From positions 68,899 through 132,898 of the forward strand of contig CAVXYF010000010.1 of assembly GCA_963765835.1 (NCBI GenBank): DNA of 64,000 nucleotides, in the 5' to 3' direction. The position numbers were made by a program, and so were the translations under genes. The DNA comes from an uncultured Acidobacteriota bacterium. Lineage in GTDB: Bacteria > Acidobacteriota > Thermoanaerobaculia > UBA5066 > Gp7-AA6. The notes beneath the pieces are model-generated. The model saw only the letters and a list, made by a program, of their open reading frames with translations. It searched no databases and was not told the origin of the DNA. Shown piece by piece: positions 51,258 through 61,253 of this stretch (positions within the stretch are counted from its first letter, which is position 1; the number at the start of each line of letters is the position of its first letter).

Positions 51258-51827
51258 CTATTTCGGCGCGGGCTTGCCGGTCTCCACGAACGACTTGAGC
51301 CTCGCGAGCTGTTCGCCGAGGACTGTATCGACCGGCGGAGCGATCTTGTCGAAGCCTCCGGCCATGTATCCGCCGGCGCTGTAGGAGAACTCGAGGCTCG
51401 TGGCGCCGGCCGCCCCCTTCGCGACCTCGAGCTGCCACGTCATGCTCCCGAAGATTCCGGAGCCCTGCAGGGGCCCGAGACCTCCGGTCATGCGAAGAAT
51501 CCGCCCCGGCCACGCGAACACGACCCTCATGTGCTCGACGCTTCCGCCGTTATCGAGCTTCTCGCAGAAGCACCCTCCCGCCCGGCCGTCGATCGAAAGG
51601 TTCTTCGGGTCGTTCGAGAACGAGTGCTCCGGGTTCCACCAGCTGCCGACCTTGCCCACGAGAGCCTCGTACACCTTCTGGGGAGCGGCCTGGATCGTCA
51701 TCGAATGCTTGATGGCAAAGCCGTTCGGAGCGACGTTCGCGACCTCGGCCGGAGACGTTCCCGCCGCGATGCCGAGAATCACCGCCGAGAAAAATAAGCG
51801 CCTGGGGTCAATCGTGTATTCCTGCAT
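51258..51827 (-). CDS. SRPBCC (AHSA1/polyketide-cyclase-like) family protein
   Basis: 189 aa, beta-grip pattern. N-terminal hydrophobic/Tat-like RRLFFSAVILGIAAG. Confidence 0.6.
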   Translation of the reverse strand: MQEYTIDPRRLFFSAVILGIAAGTSPAEVANVAPNGFAIKHSMTIQAAPQKVYEALVGKVGSWWNPEHSFSNDPKNLSIDGRAGGCFCEKLDNGGSVEHMRVVFAWPGRILRMTGGLGPLQGSGIFGSMTWQLEVAKGAAGATSLEFSYSAGGYMAGGFDKIAPPVDTVLGEQLARLKSFVETGKPAPK

Positions 51828-52181
51828 TCAGCCCTCCAGTCCCATCGCTGTTGGATGCTTGGGCTGGTAGAGACCCAGCCGCCCGCCGCCCGGCAGGCGA
51901 ATCGCCGTCCGGATACCCCACCGCTCCTGGCTCGGCTCGTCGCAGAGAATTCCGCGCGCCTTCAGCTCACCCATCGTCGCCGCCAGGTCGGCGCAGGTCA
52001 GGTAGAGCTCGTGGACGTCGTCCTCCTCGCCCGGGTGAACGGCGACCTCCGCCGGCGGGAGCGCGAAAATGAGCCAGCCGCCTCCCGCGTCCACCGACGG
52101 CAGCTGCAGCACGTCCCGGAAGAATGAGCGATCCGCATCGGCGTCGCGGGAGTAGACGATGACGTGGCTCCCCGAGATCAT
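51828..52181 (-). CDS. VOC (glyoxalase/bleomycin-resistance fold) family protein
   Basis: ATG 52181 with GGAGGAGG RBS. MISGSHVIVYSRDADADRSFFRDVL. Confidence 0.65.
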   Translation of the reverse strand: MISGSHVIVYSRDADADRSFFRDVLQLPSVDAGGGWLIFALPPAEVAVHPGEEDDVHELYLTCADLAATMGELKARGILCDEPSQERWGIRTAIRLPGGGRLGLYQPKHPTAMGLEG

Positions 52182-52230
52182 GCTGCCTCCTCCACGAGGC
52201 TCCCTGCCACCCGGATTCGAAGCAGCGCGG

Positions 52231-52734
52231 TCACTTCCCCTTCCGCGCGGCTTCCGGACACTTCTCGACGTAGCTGCGCGCAATCGCCAGCAGGCTCGGC
52301 AGGCTCTGATGATCGCGCTGCGGCGTGATGAAGTTCGCGGCGAGCGCCCCGCGAACCACCGTCGCCTCCAGGACGGAGTGGCCATCCGACTTCTTCTCGA
52401 GTCCGTAGTGCAGCTCCGCGTCGCCGAGCTTCTCGGTCTTGAGCCACTGGAACTGCGCGATCCGGGCGGGCGAGGCCGCGGGCGTACCCCCCATCCCGAT
52501 CGCGAAGGACACGAAGCGGCCGGAGGCCGTCTCGCGAACCTGTCCCGAGACCCAGTCCTCGTGCGGAACCAAGGAGATTTGCCATCCCGCGGGCGGCGAG
52601 ACACATCCCATTCCCACGGAGCGGCGCGCGGCCGGGGGCGGCGCCTTTGTCGCCTTTGCGGGCGTGGCGCCTTCGAGGGGCGCCGCGAGGAGGACGGCGA
52701 AAGCAACGGACAGGACGGCGAGCGCTCTTCTCAT
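52231..52734 (-). CDS. secreted hypothetical protein
   Basis: MRRALAVLSVAFAVLLAAPLEGA signal peptide. Confidence 0.45.
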   Translation of the reverse strand: MRRALAVLSVAFAVLLAAPLEGATPAKATKAPPPAARRSVGMGCVSPPAGWQISLVPHEDWVSGQVRETASGRFVSFAIGMGGTPAASPARIAQFQWLKTEKLGDAELHYGLEKKSDGHSVLEATVVRGALAANFITPQRDHQSLPSLLAIARSYVEKCPEAARKGK

Positions 52735-52768
52735 CTGCGTGGGTCTCCCGGGTCGGGGCTGCGGCGCG

Positions 52769-53317
52769 TCACTCAAGGGGCGGTAAGTTAGCAGAACGCG
52801 GATCGTCCGTGCCGTACAGCCGGACGTCCTCCGGAGTGTCGGACGAGATCCGGATCATTTTCTCGAAACGCAATCCGATCGCCTCGAGAAGCCGGCCGGA
52901 CGCTTCGTTGTCGCGCGACGTGATGGCGACGATCCGGTTCAGGCCGACGACCTCCCGCGCATAGGAGAGCGTCGCGCGGGCGGCCTCCCGAGCAAATCCC
53001 TTTCCGCGAAACGCCGGCAGGAGCGCGAACCCGATGTCCACGTCCTCCAGGAATTCCCTCTTGACGAGTCCGCAGATGCCGATCGGCGGTCCCCCTTCCT
53101 TCGGCTGGATCGCGTACAGACCGAAGCCGTTCTGCGAGTACGACGTGACCGGGCCCTTGCGGATGTACTCACGCGCGTCCTCCTGCGTCCGCACCCCCCG
53201 ATCGCCGATGAAGCGCAGCCAGTCGGGATCGTTGACGAGCTCGAGGATGAACTCCGCGTCGTCGGCCGAAAGATGGCGCAGGATCAGGCGATCCGTCTCG
53301 AGAACTTCAGCGCCCAT
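52769..53317 (-). CDS. GNAT family N-acetyltransferase (RimJ/RimL-like)
   Basis: TDRLILRHLSADDAEF...GFALLPAFRGKGFAREAARATLSYA. Confidence 0.8.
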   Translation of the reverse strand: MGAEVLETDRLILRHLSADDAEFILELVNDPDWLRFIGDRGVRTQEDAREYIRKGPVTSYSQNGFGLYAIQPKEGGPPIGICGLVKREFLEDVDIGFALLPAFRGKGFAREAARATLSYAREVVGLNRIVAITSRDNEASGRLLEAIGLRFEKMIRISSDTPEDVRLYGTDDPRSANLPPLE

Positions 53318-53756
53318 GCCCCGCCTGCGTCTTGATCTCCGCGACGGAAATCTCCCGGCCGTTGATCGAAACGGGATCCCCCGCGATACCCGTGTCCCGG
53401 ATGTAACCCTTCGCGTAGTCGGCCATGCGGGGCGCCAGCACGACGGGGGGATGGTCCGCGCACGCCGCCAGGAGTTGTCCCCGATCCGAGTTTCCCGCCA
53501 CGTAGAGCACGCAGTCGTCGCCGAGGTAGCGGTAACGCCACGTGTTCTCCTCGACGCGCCTCCCGCCGAACGGCCCCGTCCTCCGGTAGAGGTGGGGATG
53601 GGTCCCTCCGGCCTCCGGGATCTGAGAGCGTTCCCACACGACGTACCACTTCCCGCCCACCGGCTCCTTCTCTCGCGTCACGCACGCGCCGGACGCGACG
53701 GAGACTGTCACGGCGATCGCCACGACCACCGCGGCGCGGAGAATCCGGCGACTCAT
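53307..53756 (-). CDS. secreted hypothetical protein
   Basis: MSRRILRAAVVVAIAVTVSVASGAC signal/lipobox-like. Confidence 0.45.
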   Translation of the reverse strand: MSRRILRAAVVVAIAVTVSVASGACVTREKEPVGGKWYVVWERSQIPEAGGTHPHLYRRTGPFGGRRVEENTWRYRYLGDDCVLYVAGNSDRGQLLAACADHPPVVLAPRMADYAKGYIRDTGIAGDPVSINGREISVAEIKTQAGHGR

Positions 53757-53768
53757 GGGTCGAACGCG

Positions 53769-54293
53769 TCAGCTTCCGCCGGCTTCCGCCGGAACTTTCC
53801 GCTTCCAGATCGTGTCCACCGCCGGCGGCAGCTTGCGGATGCGGCTGATGAAGGACACCACCCGCCAGATGTCGTCGTCCGGCAGCAACGCGGACCAGGC
53901 GCCCATCCCGGAGTATCGAATTCCGTGCCGGGCCACGAGAAACATCTCGGGCGCCGTGAGCTGCGACGGCTGCTGCGCGAACTGCGGGACGCGCGGATAG
54001 AAGCTGGTCGTGCCCCACCCGCTCGGGCTGCCGAAGTCTCCGTGGCAACCCGCGCAGTTCATCCGGTAGAGCCGCATCCCCGCCCGGAGGTTCTCTTCCG
54101 TCGCGGAAATGGGGCTCGCGAGCCCGAACGCCTGCCGGGCCAGCGAGGCGCGGACCGCGCGGTGCGCCAGGCGGCTCTCCCAGCCGGGAGGCGAGGCGGT
54201 GGCCGCAACGGGAAGAAAGCCGAGCGATCCAGCGATAGCGGCGACGAGGGGAACGAAGACGACGCCGACCAGGAATCCCAGGACGAACTTCAT
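53769..54293 (-). CDS. membrane-anchored c-type cytochrome
   Basis: ATG 54293 (MKFVLGFLVG...). Heme motif CAGCHG. Confidence 0.65.
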   Translation of the reverse strand: MKFVLGFLVGVVFVPLVAAIAGSLGFLPVAATASPPGWESRLAHRAVRASLARQAFGLASPISATEENLRAGMRLYRMNCAGCHGDFGSPSGWGTTSFYPRVPQFAQQPSQLTAPEMFLVARHGIRYSGMGAWSALLPDDDIWRVVSFISRIRKLPPAVDTIWKRKVPAEAGGS

Positions 54294-54784
54294 GACGTCT
54301 CCTTGTTGCCCTTGCCCTGGAGCTTCGGGAGCTCCATTACGATTTCCTCGACCCCGTCGTCGCCCGGACCCGGAGGCTGCTCGGCGGAGGCTCGGAAGCC
54401 GCACTTCTCCAGGACGCGGAGCGAACCCGCGTTGTGTTTCGCGACGTGTGCGTAGAGCGGGCGGGCGCGTACCGTTTCCAGGAACTGCGCGAGCGCGCTC
54501 GTGGCGACGCCCTGTCCCCAGAACTCTCTTCCGATCCAGTAACCGACGAGCGGCTTCCCGTCCCGCTCGAAGCTCCCGATGTTTCCGGCCACGCGTCCGT
54601 CGAAGAGGATCGTCTTCTTGGCGACCGTTGCGTCGCCCAGGACTTTCGTCCTCCAGTGAGCCAGGAACGCCTCCCAGTCCCGCGACGGAAACGCGGCCAT
54701 CCGCACGGCCTCCGGGTCCTGCTGGTGCTCGAAGAGAATCGGCAGGTCGGCCTCGACGACGTCCCTCAGCCGAACGCCGTTCAC
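54290..54784 (-). CDS. GNAT family N-acetyltransferase
   Basis: LRDVVEADLPILFEHQQD...WIGREFWGQGVATSALAQFL. GTG 54784 (alternative ATG 54844). Confidence 0.65.
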   Translation of the reverse strand: MNGVRLRDVVEADLPILFEHQQDPEAVRMAAFPSRDWEAFLAHWRTKVLGDATVAKKTILFDGRVAGNIGSFERDGKPLVGYWIGREFWGQGVATSALAQFLETVRARPLYAHVAKHNAGSLRVLEKCGFRASAEQPPGPGDDGVEEIVMELPKLQGKGNKETS

Positions 54785-54791
54785 CGCGCCG

Positions 54792-55187
54792 TCACGCTTG
54801 GGCGAGCGAGTACTCGAAGTCGTAGGAGTGCTTCCCGTCGGCAATCGTGATGGACATGCTGCCGGACAGGCCTACCAGCTCGCCGGCCCCGGAGTCCGGC
54901 ACCACGCGAATCGTCAGGGTGGGCGCGCCGCGCTCCATGGTGCCGCTGTGCTGGAGAGCGAAGGAGCCGCGGCGGCCGTGCAGCGTTCCGGTGACTCTCT
55001 CGATCGCCACGTAGCCCGCGGAGCCTTCGACGTCGGTTAACGCGGTGAGCATCTGACCCTGGCTCGTTCCCTCGAGGTCGCCGTGGAATTGCTTGTCCAT
55101 CGACAGCCGGCCAAGGGTGGCGTCGGCTCCGGCCTCCGGGGCCTGCGGTTGCAGTTTCACTTCGAACGTTCCGGCGGCACGGCTCAT
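54792..55187 (-). CDS. DUF3224-like small beta protein
   Basis: [15 protein letters not shown]...[15 protein letters not shown]. Confidence 0.5.
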   Translation of the reverse strand: MSRAAGTFEVKLQPQAPEAGADATLGRLSMDKQFHGDLEGTSQGQMLTALTDVEGSAGYVAIERVTGTLHGRRGSFALQHSGTMERGAPTLTIRVVPDSGAGELVGLSGSMSITIADGKHSYDFEYSLAQA

Positions 55188-55281
55188 GTTTTCTCCCGGT
55201 CCGATTTCGGATTCGGCGACGCGCCCGCCGTCGGCTCCGACGGTTCGTGCAGGCAGAGGTTCGTGCAAGGCTGCCCCTCGA

Positions 55282-55485
55282 TCATTTCGCCTTGCGCTTC
55301 GGCCGGGTCTTCGTCTTCTTCCTCTCCTTCTTCGCCGTCTTCGCCCCGGCTTTCGGCTTGACCCGCTCCGGCAGCTTCTCCGACCCGGTCTCGCGATTCC
55401 ACTCCTCGAAGGTCTGTGGGGAGATCTCGCCCCTGACCAGGAGCTCCGCGAATTTCCGGCGCTGGGCCTGACTCTTGAACGGCAT
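55282..55485 (-). CDS. small Lys-rich basic protein (67 aa)
   Basis: [67 protein letters not shown]. Confidence 0.4.
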   Translation of the reverse strand: MPFKSQAQRRKFAELLVRGEISPQTFEEWNRETGSEKLPERVKPKAGAKTAKKERKKTKTRPKRKAK

Positions 55486-55514
55486 GCTTCTCCCTGACCG
55501 CCCGAAGGCCGAGT

Positions 55515-56702
55515 TCACTGCCTCTGGAGACGCCCGTACCGCCGCAGGGCTTCCCGCAACGGCTCGTGAGGAATTCCGTCGACACGATGCCCGTCGAGGC
55601 CCGTCATGGTCTCTCCGGCGACGAGGGCGTTCACGATCGCCTCCTCCGTCGCGAGGATCACCGCGTTGAAGATCGGATTGATCCGGTCGTTCGGGACGAA
55701 CGTTGCCGACGCCAGGGTCTGCTGGAGCTTCGGCGCCTCCGGATTCGCCGTGGAGAAGGCCACGAAGATGTCGCCGGAGCCATTCCCCGCGCGGGAACCG
55801 GTCTGTGCGAGCCCCAGGGCCGCGCGCTTCGCGAGACGGCGGAGCTGGTGCGGAAGGAGCGGCGCGTCCGTGCCGACGACGATAATGATCGAGCCGCGCT
55901 CGTTGTCGAGGTCGCGTCCCTTCGTGAACGGCGCATTGCCCGTCAGGAGGCGGCCGACCGGAGCGCCCGCGACCTGGAGCTGGTACCTGGTGCCGTGGTT
56001 GGCCTGCACGAGAACTCCGACCGTGTAGCTGCCGTTCGCGGCGTTCAACCGCCGCGAGGACGTGCCCGTGCCGCACTTGAACTCGTAGCAGACCATCCCG
56101 GTTCCGCCGCCGACGTTTCCCTCGGCGATCGGGCCTCCCGCGGTCGCGCCGTCGAGCGCGCGGATCGCATCCTCCGCGGTGACGTGAAAGCCGTTGATGT
56201 CGTTCAGGTACCCGTCGAAAGTCTCCGCGACCATCGGGTACGTGTAGTCCTGGTAGAGGAACTTTCGCCGGACCTGCCACGCGACGACCGCGTCGCGAAC
56301 GATGCCGACGCTGTGAGTGTTGGTGATCATGATGGGGCCCTCGAGAAAGCCCGACTCCTCCAGCCAGTGAGTCCCGGTCATTTCACCATTGCCGTTCAGC
56401 GGGAACCAGGCGCCGAAAACCGGAGCTCCCGCGGCCGCCTTTCCACGCGGAAGTATGGCGGTCACCCCCGTGCGCACCGCGTCGGTCCCGCCGCCCCCGT
56501 TTCGCGGCATGTCGCGAATGAGGGTCGTCATCCCCACCTCCACGCCCGGGACGTCCGTGATGGCGTTTCGGGGACCCGGAGTGCCGTCGAAGGGGATCCC
56601 GAGGTCCGCGCGCGGGGCCGCTCGCCCGAATCCCGCGAGGGAGATTCCGAGGGCCACGAGCGCGATCAGGCCGTAACGCATCCCCTCCCCTTTCCCGCTC
56701 AT
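55515..56702 (-). CDS. P1 (DmpA/S58) family aminopeptidase/D-esterase
   Basis: Signal peptide. ...GVEVGMTTL...GPIMITNTHSVG... family pattern. Confidence 0.75.
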   Translation of the reverse strand: MSGKGEGMRYGLIALVALGISLAGFGRAAPRADLGIPFDGTPGPRNAITDVPGVEVGMTTLIRDMPRNGGGGTDAVRTGVTAILPRGKAAAGAPVFGAWFPLNGNGEMTGTHWLEESGFLEGPIMITNTHSVGIVRDAVVAWQVRRKFLYQDYTYPMVAETFDGYLNDINGFHVTAEDAIRALDGATAGGPIAEGNVGGGTGMVCYEFKCGTGTSSRRLNAANGSYTVGVLVQANHGTRYQLQVAGAPVGRLLTGNAPFTKGRDLDNERGSIIIVVGTDAPLLPHQLRRLAKRAALGLAQTGSRAGNGSGDIFVAFSTANPEAPKLQQTLASATFVPNDRINPIFNAVILATEEAIVNALVAGETMTGLDGHRVDGIPHEPLREALRRYGRLQRQ

Positions 56703-56786
56703 CGTGGCCGCGCCGCCTCTTCGGCCCGAGTGAGCATCTCGTCCAACGCCTCGCGGGCGAAAGCCCCCAGCCTTTTCATCGCCACC

Positions 56787-57770
56787 TCACCAGCCCGGAG
56801 GGTATCGCGCGAGGATCGCGTCGCTCGCCGTTTCGGAGTTGTCGGCGTCCAGGGGAAGGTTGAGGGCCGCGCGGCACGCCGAGCAATACTGGTTCTCGTT
56901 CCGATCCATCACGCATCCCGTCTCGCCCGGCGGGAAATGGAGTCCCGTCCCGATCGTCGAAAGGTCGGCATCGTCGTAGTGGTGCAGCACGTTCAAGACG
57001 TGGCCGAACTCGTGATTGAAGATCGTCTCGTAGTGCAGGTAGACCGTGCGGCCGGAGGCGGAGGAGATGCCGGGGACTCCGAGCACGGCGTGGGCGTAGG
57101 TCGAGCCCGGGTCGACCCGGAAGCGAAAGTCGAACTGGTAGCCCGGGAAAATGGGATCAGTCATCTGTTCGAGCAGCGTCATGTGCTCCGACTCGCTGCT
57201 CCAGGGCGGGTTGTATGCGAGCGGCGTCTGGTAGCTGACCGCCACCGACACCGGGCACGGCAGTGCGTGGGCGGCCTGGAAGACGGGTTCGTACCTTCGG
57301 CGGTTCGCCAACATCCAGGTTTCCCACCGCGTCGTCTTGTTGTACCGGGCGCGGAACGACCGCATCTGCACCGAGTAGCCGTCCGTCACGGTGTACGGCA
57401 CCGGCGCCGCGGTCACCCAGAACGGGAGGGAATTGGTCCTCGGCCGCTGGTAAGCGCCGGCGGGCCGGCCGAACGCGTACACGTCGTACACCCCGGCGGA
57501 TACGTTCTGCGGGATGCGGACCCGGACGCTGTCGCCGAACCACTTCACGACCTCCAGCGGGAGGTCCCGGCAGCGCTTCATCCGCGGCGCGACCGGGGGC
57601 GGCCCGATCAAGTTCTCGAGATTGGTTCCGTCGATCGTGAACTCCTCGCCGGGAGCTCCGCGGCTCGGATTCAGGGAGTCGATCCGGCTCTGGCAGGCAG
57701 CCGATCCGAGCGCGGCGAGTGCGCAAAGCACGACCCGAAGCAACGGGGCCGGCCGAGCGAAAAACGTCAC
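56787..57770 (-). CDS. lipoprotein zinc metalloprotease with atypical metzincin-like motif HEFGHVLNVLHH
   Basis: Lipobox LAALGSAAC. HExxHxxNxxH (Gly of the metzincin HExxHxxGxxH replaced by Asn). Confidence 0.55.
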   Translation of the reverse strand: MTFFARPAPLLRVVLCALAALGSAACQSRIDSLNPSRGAPGEEFTIDGTNLENLIGPPPVAPRMKRCRDLPLEVVKWFGDSVRVRIPQNVSAGVYDVYAFGRPAGAYQRPRTNSLPFWVTAAPVPYTVTDGYSVQMRSFRARYNKTTRWETWMLANRRRYEPVFQAAHALPCPVSVAVSYQTPLAYNPPWSSESEHMTLLEQMTDPIFPGYQFDFRFRVDPGSTYAHAVLGVPGISSASGRTVYLHYETIFNHEFGHVLNVLHHYDDADLSTIGTGLHFPPGETGCVMDRNENQYCSACRAALNLPLDADNSETASDAILARYPPGW

Positions 57771-57777
57771 GTAAGCG

Positions 57778-58137
57778 CTATCGCGTGAGCAGGACGATCG
57801 CGATCGGAAGTCCGATGCCCGCGGCGAGGCCCAGCCACACGGGCCAGACCGGGCGCGAGACCCGGAACGCCAGGATCAGGCCAACGATGGCGGTTGCGCT
57901 GAAGATGCCCGCCAGCGCCGCCTGGGCCGTTCGAAACCAGACACGGGTCGAGGCAGGCAGCTTCTCCGCCATGTGCACTCGGGAAAGCTGCTGCAGGGCG
58001 GCGGGAGCTCGATAGGAGCCGTCCTTCCGATCCTCCTGGAGCCGGAACGCCTGCCAGGCGCCGGAGATCGCGAAAAAGAGCATCGCCGGCGCGACGAGAA
58101 CGGAGAGGTGCCGGTGGAGCCGGAAGAGCTGCTTCAT
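57778..58137 (-). CDS. small two/three-TM membrane protein
   Basis: 119 aa, hydrophobic segments. Confidence 0.45.
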   Translation of the reverse strand: MKQLFRLHRHLSVLVAPAMLFFAISGAWQAFRLQEDRKDGSYRAPAALQQLSRVHMAEKLPASTRVWFRTAQAALAGIFSATAIVGLILAFRVSRPVWPVWLGLAAGIGLPIAIVLLTR

Positions 58138-58194
58138 CGGTTCGTAAACCTCCTCAACTCTCCCCGAGCCGGGATGCGCTCAACCGGGAGATCT

Positions 58195-59136
58195 TTATCG
58201 GCTCCGGTAGACGTCGGTGCTCAGGTACTTGAGACCCGAGTCGGCCATCAACGTGACCACCTTTGCCTCCGGACCCAGGCGCTCGGCCACCTGGATCGCG
58301 GCGATGACGTTGGCCCCGGACGACGTCCCCGCGAAGAGAGCCTCTTCCCGCGCGAGGCGCCTCGCCATCTCTTTCGCGTCGTCCGTCTTGACGGGCACGA
58401 TTTCATCCACGAGCGTCGGCTCCCAGAGCGGAGGAGTGTAGCCAATTCCCACTCCCTCGATCCTGTGGGGGCCGGCCGTGCCTCCGCCGAGTACGGCGGA
58501 TTCGGCGGGCTCGACGGCCGCGACCCGAATACCCGGTTTGTACCGCTTGAGAACCGTGGCGACGCCGCGCAGAGACGCCGCCGTCCCCACGCTGTGAACG
58601 AAGGCGTCCACCTCCCCCGCCGTCTGACTCCAGATCTCCTCACCCAGCGGGTGGTAGCCCGCGATGCTGTCCTGGTTGTTGAGCTGGTCGGTCCAGTAGG
58701 TGTGGGGTTCCCGGCTCAACTCGCGAGCGGCCTCGATCATGTCGAGGATCAGCTTCTTCGTCGTGAGCCCTCCCTCGCTGGGAACGATCGTCAGCTCCGC
58801 GCCCAGCGCGGCCATGTGATCGAGCTTCTCCCGGCTGAACGCGTCGGAGGTGACGATCCGGATCCGGTAGCCCCGCGCGGCGCAGACCAGCGCCAGCGAC
58901 GTCCCCGTGCTGCCGCCGGTGTACTCGACGACGGTGTCTCCGGACTTCAGCCTCCCGTCCCGCTCGGCCCGCGAGATCACGGCGTGCGCCATCCGGTCCT
59001 TGAGGCTGCCGGTCAAGTTCTCCCACTCGAGCTTCACGAAGATCTCGGAGCAGCCGCGGGGGACCACCTTGCGAAGGCGGACCATCGACGTGTTTCCGAT
59101 GGCCTGGAGGACGTCGGCGGCTGGAGGCTCCTTCAC
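58195..59136 (-). CDS. PLP-dependent cysteine synthase family protein
   Basis: NLTGSLKDRMA (PLP lysine), GSTGTSLA, SSGAN. Confidence 0.85.
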   Translation of the reverse strand: MKEPPAADVLQAIGNTSMVRLRKVVPRGCSEIFVKLEWENLTGSLKDRMAHAVISRAERDGRLKSGDTVVEYTGGSTGTSLALVCAARGYRIRIVTSDAFSREKLDHMAALGAELTIVPSEGGLTTKKLILDMIEAARELSREPHTYWTDQLNNQDSIAGYHPLGEEIWSQTAGEVDAFVHSVGTAASLRGVATVLKRYKPGIRVAAVEPAESAVLGGGTAGPHRIEGVGIGYTPPLWEPTLVDEIVPVKTDDAKEMARRLAREEALFAGTSSGANVIAAIQVAERLGPEAKVVTLMADSGLKYLSTDVYRSR

Positions 59137-59140
59137 TTCT

Positions 59141-59500
59141 TCAACGCGTTTCCACCAGGTAGCTGACCAGCTTCCGGATCCTGGCGTCGCGCATTTCGAA
59201 CACGTCGCAGAACGCGAGATTCAAAACAGGGCCGTCCTTCCGCTGCACGCGCACCAGGCCCTCCGCCACCACGACGTCGCCCTCTTCCGTCAGGCGCGTG
59301 ACGGTAATTGCCGGGCTGCCGACGAAACCGTCGTCCTCGATGTGTCGGTCGAACGCCTCCCGGCCATGGATGTGGAACGCCCCCGGGATCTCCCACTCCA
59401 CGTCGTCCGTCACGCACGACAGGATCTCTTCATGGTCGCTTCTCCGGAAGCCCTCCATGTAGCGGTCCACCGTCTTCTTGTTTTCGTCGGTCTTTCCCAT
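59141..59500 (-). CDS. SnoaL/NTF2-like family protein
   Basis: 119 aa. VDRYMEGFRRSDHEEILSCVTDDVEW. Confidence 0.6.
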   Translation of the reverse strand: MGKTDENKKTVDRYMEGFRRSDHEEILSCVTDDVEWEIPGAFHIHGREAFDRHIEDDGFVGSPAITVTRLTEEGDVVVAEGLVRVQRKDGPVLNLAFCDVFEMRDARIRKLVSYLVETR

Positions 59501-59518
59501 ATCGAGGATGTACGCCGA

Positions 59519-60061
59519 TTACGACCGGGGCGTCTCATGGTCCGTGAGCACCGGCAGGAAGGGCTCCCAGGGACCGACCTCCGCGCGGAGTTGCTTGGCC
59601 ATGACCCGGGAGACCTGGGCGATGTGCTCGAGGTCGTGCACCACCCAGGATGCCAGGAGCTGCTCCAGGGTGACGGGACCCAGGCTGGGATGGATGCCGG
59701 GCAGGTCGAAAGCCGCGGGAGTCAGATCCCAGGAGCGAAGCTCGGCGAGGTTGTCCTTCCGAAGCTGCGCGAATTCGTCGAGCAGGGACGGAAGCGTGCG
59801 GCCGACGTTGCGGGCGCGGTGCCGGAAGCGGTCGTAAGGCTCGAAGAGAGGATTCGGCCCCCCGGCCAGGATGATGCGCGCCCGGGGGACCCAGTCCGTC
59901 TCCTCGCCGTCGATCAGGTGACCGACGACGTCGAAGGGGCTGAACGTGTCGGGGCCTTCCTGGCCGCGGGTCCACGGATCGGGAAGGCCGTCGAGAAGGG
60001 CGCGCAACGTCCCGGGCGTCCGCGTGAGGACCTGCGTGGAGAGCTCGAGATCGAAGTTCAT
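59519..60061 (-). CDS. DinB family protein
   Basis: ATG 60061. FDVVGHLIDGEE...WVVHDLEHIAQV His triad. Confidence 0.65.
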   Translation of the reverse strand: MNFDLELSTQVLTRTPGTLRALLDGLPDPWTRGQEGPDTFSPFDVVGHLIDGEETDWVPRARIILAGGPNPLFEPYDRFRHRARNVGRTLPSLLDEFAQLRKDNLAELRSWDLTPAAFDLPGIHPSLGPVTLEQLLASWVVHDLEHIAQVSRVMAKQLRAEVGPWEPFLPVLTDHETPRS

Positions 60062-60972
60062 GGCGCGGTCTCCGCCGCCGGCGGAAAGAGTCTCCGGAAC
60101 ACTCCCGGCGAGGCGGCGCGATAGATCGTACTGTGCTGCAGGTCGGGCCGCGGCTCGTACAACCACGTCACGCCTTGCGGCGCGGCGCGCAGGGCCTCGT
60201 CCAGCATTTTGCCCAGGTCGTCCAGGCCGTCGTCGCCCGCGGTCGCGACGTAGAGGGTTCCGGTCAGCCGGGGGTTGGCTCTCACTCGCGCGCCGGCGCC
60301 ACGCACCAGGGCTTCCCCGTTCCACCAGAGGCTCGGGCTCAGGGCAATGGAGACGTCGAACAAGCCGGGCTCGAGGAAAAACGTCTCCACGACGAAGAGG
60401 CCCGCCAGCGACTCGCCGACGATGGCCGTCTGGCCGTTGCCGCGAACGCGCCGGCCGACCTCCGGCAGGAGCTCGTCGCGGATGAAGTCGCGAAACTCGG
60501 CCGAGCCGCCCACCCGCGGCGCGATCGTCCGATCTTTCGCGACTTCGGTCGGCCCGGTCATGTCGCGGCGCCGCTCGGTGTTCACGATGCCCACGACGAT
60601 GACGGGTCGCATCTCTCCGGCGCGGATGGCGGCATCCACGTCGCTGGTGACGTGCGGAAAGTCCTCATCCACCCCGCCGTCGGGCATGTAGAGAATCGGG
60701 TAGCGTGCGTCGGGCGCGCGGTCGTAGCCCGGCGGCGTGTAGACGTTCACTCGCCGGGGCTCCCCCAGCACTTTGGAGTCGATGGTGAAGGTCTCGTGCG
60801 GCAGAACGGGATCCGCGACTGGCGCTACCGGCGGCGCCGGAAGGGACCGAGGCGCGGTCGCGGGCGTACGCGCGGCGGGCACGGCGCCGCAGCCCGTTGC
60901 GAGCGCTGCGAGGACCGGGAGGAAAACGGCAAAGCCGGGTCGGACCGACGGACGACGATTCCGACGAATCAC
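60058..60972 (-). CDS. lipoprotein alpha/beta-hydrolase (esterase family), GTG start
   Basis: fM-IRRNRRPSVRPGFAVFLPVLAALATGC lipobox. PDGG, IVGESLAGLF (GxSxG), PSLWW. The GTG at 60972 overlaps the upstream stop (GTGA). Confidence 0.65.
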   Translation of the reverse strand: MIRRNRRPSVRPGFAVFLPVLAALATGCGAVPAARTPATAPRSLPAPPVAPVADPVLPHETFTIDSKVLGEPRRVNVYTPPGYDRAPDARYPILYMPDGGVDEDFPHVTSDVDAAIRAGEMRPVIVVGIVNTERRRDMTGPTEVAKDRTIAPRVGGSAEFRDFIRDELLPEVGRRVRGNGQTAIVGESLAGLFVVETFFLEPGLFDVSIALSPSLWWNGEALVRGAGARVRANPRLTGTLYVATAGDDGLDDLGKMLDEALRAAPQGVTWLYEPRPDLQHSTIYRAASPGVFRRLFPPAAETAP

Positions 60973-61253
60973 TTCGGATAAGGCTTCGACGTTCGCGGGG
61001 CGTCGGGAGCCTGGTCGTCGAGCGACTGCCGGTACTTCACGCATCCCCGGAGGAACTCCGGCCACGTCGGCACGATCGGAACGGGATCCGTCTTCTCCGG
61101 CAGGAGACCCCAGAGCGCCGGGTGATGCCAGCAGAGCTCGTGGCGCGTGGAGTCGCGATGCTGCCGGATGCCCTGCCGAAGCTTCCGGACTTCCGCCGCG
61201 AGTTGCGGCCGCGACATCTGATTCAGATCGACATCCATTTCCGTTTCGTTCAT
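60969..61253 (-). CDS. small Trp/His-rich hypothetical protein
   Basis: MNETEMDVDLNQMSRPQLAAEVRKLRQGIRQHRDSTRHELCWHHPALWGLLPEK...; non-shadow composition. Start-stop overlaps on both sides. Confidence 0.45.
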   Translation of the reverse strand: MNETEMDVDLNQMSRPQLAAEVRKLRQGIRQHRDSTRHELCWHHPALWGLLPEKTDPVPIVPTWPEFLRGCVKYRQSLDDQAPDAPRTSKPYPK

